This document shows, in pieces, positions 57,999 through 64,000 of a DNA stretch of 64,000 bases (its first letter is position 1; the number at the start of each line of letters is the position of its first letter). The notes under the pieces were generated by a model. The model made no database searches and had not been told where the DNA came from. It saw nothing but the letters and a program-made list of their open reading frames with translations. Origin of the DNA: Pseudomonadota bacterium (lineage in GTDB: Bacteria; Myxococcota_A; Bradymonadia; UBA4248); assembly GCA_017441205.1 (NCBI GenBank), contig JAFRYG010000150.1, positions 3,931 to 67,930 of the forward strand. The letters run 5' to 3'. Both the position numbers and the translations under genes were made by a program.

Positions 57999-60368
57999 AT
58001 GCGCAAACATACCAGAATGATTCTTTTGTACGTATTTGCCATGTATGCAGGGATGATGGCTGCGAATGATGGCGCGCAGGCCCAGGATATGGCATGGCCC
58101 GTAGCAACCTGCACAAGCATTTCAGATGACTATGGCCCGAGGGATGGAACTACGCACTCGGGCATTGATATCTCGTGCGCTGGCAACCATGACGTCCTTG
58201 CCGCAGCCGATGGTGAAGTCATCGCTGAAACGACTGATAACACCCAATGCACTTATTCAAATGGACATTGTTATGGTTGCGTTAATGAGAGGGGCAACTC
58301 GCTGACAATCAAACACGACAATGGCTGGCACACGGTCTCCATGCATCTGGAGAAGAAATATGTTTCCACAGGGGACAGGGTAAAATGCGGACAACCGATC
58401 GGAAAAATGGGCACGACCGGCTGTTCGACGGGGCAGCATCTGCATTTTACGACCTACGAAACGAGCTACAGCAAGCATGATTCCCCCTGGAATCACGTGG
58501 AAAAGGGAAACATGACATGCCCGTCCAGCGGCTGGATTGCAGGCCTCGACCTGGTGACGACATACGACCCGCAGAACACGGACATCGACGGTGACGGCGT
58601 CGCCGAAATCTGTATCCGGGGCAATGCCGGCATATACTGTACGTTCCCCAAAACCGACATCACCGCCAAATCGGTAATCTTCGACAAGCTGACCGACAAG
58701 GACGGATGGGATGACAGCTCCAATTACGCGACGATTCGTTTTGCCGACGTCAACGGCGACGGCAAGGCCGATGTCTGTGCGCGCAGTGACACCAAACTGA
58801 GCTGCTGGATTTCGAACGGAAGCGGTTTCGAAACGGAATGGGGGAGCGTACCCATGGCCGATGCGGATGGTTATAAGGCCCCGCAATACTATGCCACCAT
58901 TAAATTTGCCGATATCAACGGCGATGCGAAAGACGATTTCTGTGCTCGCTTTAAAGATGGCTTTAAATGCTATCTTTCGTCCGAAAATGGTTTTTCCGAA
59001 ACCAGCGTCGATCTCAAGGCAATGTCGGATGCCGATGGCTGGGATAATGCGTCGAGGTATGCGACGATCCGCATGGCGGATATCAACGGCGATGGCATGG
59101 CAGACGCCTGCGGACTCAGCAAATCGGGCTGGCAGTGCTGGCCGTCGAAAGGCGATTCCTTCGGCGAACCCATTCAAGGTCCTGCATGGAGCGATGATAC
59201 ATGGAGCGAGGCCATGTATTTTGCGACGATCCGCATGCCGGATATCAATGGCGACCACAAAGCAGACGTATGTGCGCGCGATGCCAAAGGAATTGTCTGC
59301 CACCTTTCGACCGGCGAGGGCTGGGGAGAGGCCATTCGCGGCCCGGAACTCTCTGATGAAAAAGGCTGGGGAAAACCGGAATATTACATGACGCTCCAGT
59401 TCGGCGATCTCAACAAAGACGGCAAGGATGACCTCTGTGCGCGTGGAGCCGACGAGTTTATTTGCTATCTTTCGGATGGCGAAAGCTTTAAACGCGACGA
59501 AAAATACGTCCTCACCGAGTTCAGCAATGCCAAAGGCGGCAACGCCCCCGGCGTGTACCGAACCATTCACCTCGGGGATGTCAATGGCGACGGCATCATG
59601 GATGTCTGCGGCCGCAACCCAAGCAAAGCGGTATGTTTCGTCTATGGCGGCGATACACCAAAACGCCTTGAAGGCCCAAATCTCAATGATTCCTATGGCT
59701 GGGATGAAAATCCATACGGTTCGACGTTCCGTTTTGGCGGTCCCAAGCCAAAAGACTGCAGCTTTGTCGAAGAAATCTGCGACGAAAAGGACAACAACTG
59801 CAACGGCGAAATCGACGAAGGCGGCGTCTGCTGCGTGCCGGAAGTCTGCGACCAGAAGGACAACGACTGCGACGGCGAAGTCGACGAAGACAACGTCTGC
59901 TGCGAACCGTCCGATGAAATCTGTGACGGCAAAGACAATGACTGCGACGGTTCAGTCGACGAAGACAACGTTTGCTGCGTGCCTGAAATCTGCGACCAGA
60001 AGGACAACGACTGCGACGGAGAAATCGACGAAGACAACGTTTGCTGCGAACCGTCCGAAGAAATCTGTGATCAGAAGGACAACGACTGCGACGGTGAAGT
60101 TGACGAAGACGATGTCTGCAAAAAGCCGGAAGAAGAGAAACCCGATAAGCCCGATAAGCCCGATAAGCCTGAAACGCCGGATACTCCGGATAAGCCAGAT
60201 ACACCCGATACGCCGGATGAATCCGCCGACAACACGCCAGCTTCCTCTGCAGAAGGCTGCTCGAGCCAGCCGCAGGGAACGTCTTCGCATCCGATGCCCT
60301 GGCTGCTTGGATTCGGCGGTCTTTTGGGCATGATTCTGTATCGCCGTCGCCGCGAGAGTTCGAAATAA
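57999..60368 (+). CDS. Tandem paralog of the previous gene, with the same M23 peptidase + FG-GAP-like + MopE-like + Pro/Asp/Lys linker + C-terminal sorting-signal-like tail architecture.
   Basis: Start trimmed to MRKHTRMILLYVFAMYAGMMAANDGAQAQD (GGAGG RBS). The same domain order. The last about 110 nt of the CDS and about 40 nt downstream are nearly identical to 57655..57800. Confidence 0.85.
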   Translation: MRKHTRMILLYVFAMYAGMMAANDGAQAQDMAWPVATCTSISDDYGPRDGTTHSGIDISCAGNHDVLAAADGEVIAETTDNTQCTYSNGHCYGCVNERGNSLTIKHDNGWHTVSMHLEKKYVSTGDRVKCGQPIGKMGTTGCSTGQHLHFTTYETSYSKHDSPWNHVEKGNMTCPSSGWIAGLDLVTTYDPQNTDIDGDGVAEICIRGNAGIYCTFPKTDITAKSVIFDKLTDKDGWDDSSNYATIRFADVNGDGKADVCARSDTKLSCWISNGSGFETEWGSVPMADADGYKAPQYYATIKFADINGDAKDDFCARFKDGFKCYLSSENGFSETSVDLKAMSDADGWDNASRYATIRMADINGDGMADACGLSKSGWQCWPSKGDSFGEPIQGPAWSDDTWSEAMYFATIRMPDINGDHKADVCARDAKGIVCHLSTGEGWGEAIRGPELSDEKGWGKPEYYMTLQFGDLNKDGKDDLCARGADEFICYLSDGESFKRDEKYVLTEFSNAKGGNAPGVYRTIHLGDVNGDGIMDVCGRNPSKAVCFVYGGDTPKRLEGPNLNDSYGWDENPYGSTFRFGGPKPKDCSFVEEICDEKDNNCNGEIDEGGVCCVPEVCDQKDNDCDGEVDEDNVCCEPSDEICDGKDNDCDGSVDEDNVCCVPEICDQKDNDCDGEIDEDNVCCEPSEEICDQKDNDCDGEVDEDDVCKKPEEEKPDKPDKPDKPETPDTPDKPDTPDTPDESADNTPASSAEGCSSQPQGTSSHPMPWLLGFGGLLGMILYRRRRESSK

Positions 60369-60663
60369 CGGTTGTTTGGGTGGCCCGTGCTATTCGTAAC
60401 CTTTTTACAATCCGAGTAGCTGTTTTCGGAATTCATCATAATGATTACGCCGCCATGGACGGCGGCGAGAGGCGAGGGAGGCATGTCCATGGATGGACAT
60501 TCGACCCGTAACTGCGATCGCCATAAGAAGCGTGCGGGGGTCGTAGTGGGTGTTCACAATCGAACACCCCCTACCGCGTAAGCGTACAAAAAAAGCATCT
60601 GCGCATCAATGCGCAAATAAACAATTCAGCAATAGGTATAGCCAAATCAATAATAAACAATAA

Positions 60664-60733
60664 AGCCGCGTATTTGCCTTCGGCAAATAGCGGCGAGGCA
60701 AGCCGTAGTGGCCAGCAGCCACAAGGCGCGCCC
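60664..60733. repeat. REP-like element (gccGCGTATTTGCCttcGGCAAATAGCggc) plus a second hairpin (gtggccagcagccac).
   Basis: Copy of 57864..57930. The second hairpin keeps the GTGGC/GCCAC stem with a different loop. Confidence 0.6.
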
Positions 60734-61041
60734 CAAAACAGTCAAACTGCAATCGGGAGACCTCACCGTGCCTCAGTATGGAAAGGGGGACTTGAAAAAC
60801 TGACTGTGCATACACATAAGACCAAAACACGATACGTAGATAGCGAATTAATATATTGATACAAACGATACAAAACAACAATAAATAATTATACATTTTT
60901 CATCATTTTATGCTTGCCCACCCAACATAATTTCCTGATAAGGATGTTGGGTGTATTTTTAAACAAAAGTCAATTTTTTAACACAATACATCCTTATCAA
61001 TCATTCCCTTTTGAGGGCCATCGTTTTTTGTGGGGATTAAT

Positions 61042-64000
61042 ATGACGTTGAAACGCAATCGTAAGTTTTTCTTAATTCTAGCAACATCAATCATAGCGGT
61101 TGGCTGCAGTTCATCGTCCCATCACGACGATGATAACACCCCCGAAGGCCCGTCAAACAGCAGTATTCAGATTACATCCCTGCGCGGGTCACCATCCTGG
61201 GGAGACGCGCCCCTTTTGACGGAAGTGAGATGGGAGATTTCCAATCCGTCTCAGGAACTCCTGACATGTCGCCTGGACATGAATGGAGACGGACAGGCCG
61301 AGTACACCATAGAATCGTGCCCGGTCACCGGCAGTCAGGCACATATGTTCGAGATCCCTGGCGCTCATGTTGTGAATCTGACGGTTGAAGGCGAAGACGG
61401 CAAAGTTGTTTCGTCCGAAACACATGTATATGCCAATCATCTCGAATGGAATGATCGTACGAAGTTTTCGGACGAAATGGCCGGCGTTCATGAAATTGAG
61501 GTTACGAGCAATTCCCTTGTAATTACGGTTGATTCCGAAGGGGAACAGCCCACATTTGAAGAAGGGCAGGTACTCGTGAGTACACAGGGCGGCGGCTATT
61601 TGAGAAAAGTCGTTGGTGTGCATTACGACGGCGATCAGATTATTCTTGAAACGGAACCCGCCACGCTTGAGGATGCCATTTCGACCGGCAATTTTGGTGC
61701 CGAGGATGTCGTTGCGATTTCGGATGTTCAGTGCATGTCGAACTGCGAAACGTTTGTCGCGAAGCGTTCGTTAGATCGCCGCCATTTGCGCGACAATTAT
61801 ACGGATGCGCTCGAATTCGATGTTCATCCGCCTGCCTCCGAGAACATGCAGCTGCACAATGCCTCGCTTCGCATCGGCGACCATCTCGCCTATTCGATGG
61901 CGATGAGCAATTCTGCGATGTCCGACATGACCATGGTGTGGTCGAATTATTTTGAATTTCGTGCGCACATTGCGAGTACGGCTGCCGACAGCATGCAGCT
62001 CACGCTCCCGGTACTGCATATCAATTCAGCGGGTGTGGGCTTGTTCCCGATTGCATTCGATCTGAGCGGTAGTTTAAAAATCGTTTCGAATGGCATTTTC
62101 GAGGGCGATATCAGCATCAACTACGAAGTGGTCACGACGATGGTCTATGCCAACGGGCAATTCACGACGACACAGACGCTGGCCAGTGAACCCGAAATTA
62201 CCCTGAGCAACATTGATACCACAGCAGATATGCCGCTCAAGGTACTGGCGGCACCAACGCAGACGATGTCAATTTATGGCTTGAGCGGCCCACAGATCGA
62301 TCCGTCGGTCAAAACATTAATTTATAATGTTCAGCCAAATACGTCCCAGGTCGAGGCTGCATGTACCCAGGCGACCGCGAATGGAACTTCGTCCAGCAGT
62401 GGAACGCTTGGATTTACTGCGAATGCGTTCAATGTCAGTGGTTCGGGAACGCTCGAGGATGTACGATTTTTCGACAATTGTATTTATCTGCAGTCAGGTC
62501 CCCCTTCCGCCGAAACACCTGCTCCCGGTACGACTCCCGCGCCGGATCCCGCCGTGACGCAGCCGGACTGCACCGCCGGAGAAATCAAGTGCGAAGGTCA
62601 GCAGCTCTACCAATGCGTGAACGGTGTCTGGATCGATTCGATGGTGTGTGCTGAAGATGCCATCTGCGACAGTTTTGAGGGCAAGTGCATCACACCCGAA
62701 TGTGACGAGGGTTCCGTACAGTGTGAAGGCGATGTCCTCAAGCAATGTACTCAGAATGCCTGGCAAATGATCGATTGTGCGGCCGCCGATATGATTTGTG
62801 TTCCCGGCCGTGGGGCATGTGAACCCAAAGTCTGCGAAGACGGCGTCAATACGTGCGAAGGCACGCGCCTCGTATCGTGTCAGGGTAATGTCAAATCCTA
62901 TACGTATTGCGGTGAATTGCCCGCAACCGAAGAGGCAGTTTATGGCTTTTTGTGCAGTGACACTGCACATGCCTGCGCACCCAGACTGTGCCTCGACAAC
63001 AGCACACGGTGCAATAACAACGCCATTGAGATTTGTTTGAACAATGCCTGGACTGTACTTGAAGGCTGCGAAGCCAAAACCCAAAAATGTACCGAAGGCG
63101 AATCGGGTCCTGAATGCCGCAAGCTCGTTTGTCAACCCGGCGAAACGATATGCCAGGACGATGGCAAGGGGCATATTCTGCTCCATTCATGTGATGCCGA
63201 TGGATCGCAGTTCGCAGCCGGCGTACCCTGCCCCGATGCCGATGGCAAAGCCCAGATTTGCAGGGACAACAAATGCGTCGAACAGATATGTGTCGAAGAT
63301 GATGTTCGATGTACCCAGGATAGCCTGAGTGTCGAAGTTTGCCACGATAATGCATGGAAAAAGACGAATTGCAATGTCCTCGAAACGGACGACCGTATTT
63401 GTCTTGAAGAGCCCGATTCGGCGACACCAGCCCCAACTTGCTATGATCGCATCTGCGAACCGGATACAACCAAGTGTACAGGTGTCGATAATCGCCAGGT
63501 TTCAGTTTGTGAACTGGGCATTCGATGGTCTGATCCCACCGATTGTGCCGATGGCATGATCTGCATGGACAAGGACGGTGTCGCCGACTGCAGAACCCCC
63601 GAATGCATCCCCGCGAGCTTTACGCCGTATTGCCAGAGCACGCCCGAAGCCTGGGTGACATGCAATCCCGAAACCTTTACCCGCGTCACCAACCTCTGTG
63701 CGCCCGAAGAACACTGCGAAGCACTCGCCAATGGCTGTGTGCTGTACTGCGGCAATAATATCATCGATACCGCAGACGAGGTTTGCGATGGAACTGCGGC
63801 TTTTGCCGATACCTGTGCAAGCGTTCTTGGACGCGCCAATGCTCTGGGCAAACTCGCCTGCAGTGATACATGTACTTTCGTCACAACAGGATGCTACTGG
63901 TGCGGCGATGGAATGCTGAACGAAGGCGAAGAATGCGACACCACGATTCCCGAAGGTACGGTTTGTCCGGATGGTACGTCTGGAACGCCGATCTGCAGCA
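61042..64000 (+). CDS. Large secreted lipoprotein, partial (runs off the right window edge). It has an N-terminal about 500-aa non-repetitive region followed by EGF-like Cys repeats (C.EG...C.G..L..C..NAW...C...C).
   Basis: ATG at 61042, giving MTLKRNRKFFLILATSIIAVGCSSSS (lipobox). The frame stays open to position 64000, which explains its absence from the ORF track. The Cys repeats share the pattern of 28700..31507. Confidence 0.7.
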   Translation, partial: MTLKRNRKFFLILATSIIAVGCSSSSHHDDDNTPEGPSNSSIQITSLRGSPSWGDAPLLTEVRWEISNPSQELLTCRLDMNGDGQAEYTIESCPVTGSQAHMFEIPGAHVVNLTVEGEDGKVVSSETHVYANHLEWNDRTKFSDEMAGVHEIEVTSNSLVITVDSEGEQPTFEEGQVLVSTQGGGYLRKVVGVHYDGDQIILETEPATLEDAISTGNFGAEDVVAISDVQCMSNCETFVAKRSLDRRHLRDNYTDALEFDVHPPASENMQLHNASLRIGDHLAYSMAMSNSAMSDMTMVWSNYFEFRAHIASTAADSMQLTLPVLHINSAGVGLFPIAFDLSGSLKIVSNGIFEGDISINYEVVTTMVYANGQFTTTQTLASEPEITLSNIDTTADMPLKVLAAPTQTMSIYGLSGPQIDPSVKTLIYNVQPNTSQVEAACTQATANGTSSSSGTLGFTANAFNVSGSGTLEDVRFFDNCIYLQSGPPSAETPAPGTTPAPDPAVTQPDCTAGEIKCEGQQLYQCVNGVWIDSMVCAEDAICDSFEGKCITPECDEGSVQCEGDVLKQCTQNAWQMIDCAAADMICVPGRGACEPKVCEDGVNTCEGTRLVSCQGNVKSYTYCGELPATEEAVYGFLCSDTAHACAPRLCLDNSTRCNNNAIEICLNNAWTVLEGCEAKTQKCTEGESGPECRKLVCQPGETICQDDGKGHILLHSCDADGSQFAAGVPCPDADGKAQICRDNKCVEQICVEDDVRCTQDSLSVEVCHDNAWKKTNCNVLETDDRICLEEPDSATPAPTCYDRICEPDTTKCTGVDNRQVSVCELGIRWSDPTDCADGMICMDKDGVADCRTPECIPASFTPYCQSTPEAWVTCNPETFTRVTNLCAPEEHCEALANGCVLYCGNNIIDTADEVCDGTAAFADTCASVLGRANALGKLACSDTCTFVTTGCYWCGDGMLNEGEECDTTIPEGTVCPDGTSGTPICS

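Noticed and set aside
58257-59570. 437-aa minus-strand ORF.
   Set aside because: It is antisense to the second M23 paralog, for the same reason.
61189-63884. Several minus-strand ORFs (61189..61623, 62494..63186, 62891..63469, 63441..63884).
   Set aside because: They are antisense to the long plus-strand lipoprotein ORF that starts at 61042 and is open to the window end. None has a signal peptide or RBS.

Overview
This is a 64 kb bacterial chromosomal segment with roughly 50% GC. Almost every gene is preceded by a GGAGG/AAGGAG-type Shine-Dalgarno sequence. Only three genes are recognisable housekeeping genes: glpK, mnmG/gidA and rpsA. The rest is a dense accessory landscape of about 20 secreted or lipoprotein genes. 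Most run on the minus strand from 1 to 51585, and the strand switches to plus at about 51.6-52.0 kb. The dominant theme is a set of modular secreted proteins that combine three parts. (i) An N-terminal signal or lipoprotein peptide. (ii) One of at least five distinct cysteine-rich tandem repeat families: DUF4215/Myxococcus-type 'CGNG..ECDDGN..DGCS', a 'KCDG...CY.W...C..G..CDE..EC' type, a 'CGNG.LD.GE.CD...SCP.G..LP...SCN.DCTLNT.ACV' type, an EGF-like 'C.EG...C...L.C..N.W...C' type, and MopE-like 'CDG.DNDCDG.IDED'. (iii) A different C-terminal catalytic or binding domain in each protein: calcineurin-like metallophosphoesterase, SGNH-like hydrolase fold, trypsin-like serine protease, SH3b plus C39-like papain-fold peptidase, a GH clan-A-like TIM-barrel glycosidase, M23 peptidase plus FG-GAP repeats, or DUF285/BspA repeats. 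Several of these occur as tandem paralog arrays. A 4001-aa TPR protein with an (AEEAK)n coiled-coil repeat lies between them. Three proteins end in a Cys + hydrophobic helix + Arg-cluster C-terminal sorting-signal-like tail that resembles MYXO-CTERM/GlyGly-CTERM. Intergenic DNA carries a family of REP-like palindromic elements (at least 9 copies) and a second palindrome family with AGACGT...ACGTCT arms. I found no rRNA, tRNA, CRISPR array, transposase or integrase. The repeat-domain content resembles secretomes of predatory or lytic bacteria (Myxococcota, Bdellovibrio-like), but I cannot assign taxonomy from the sequence alone. The six-frame ORF track omits two genes that run off the window edges: 1..1618 on the minus strand and 61042..64000 on the plus strand. 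It also contains many antisense or off-frame ORFs that I reject.
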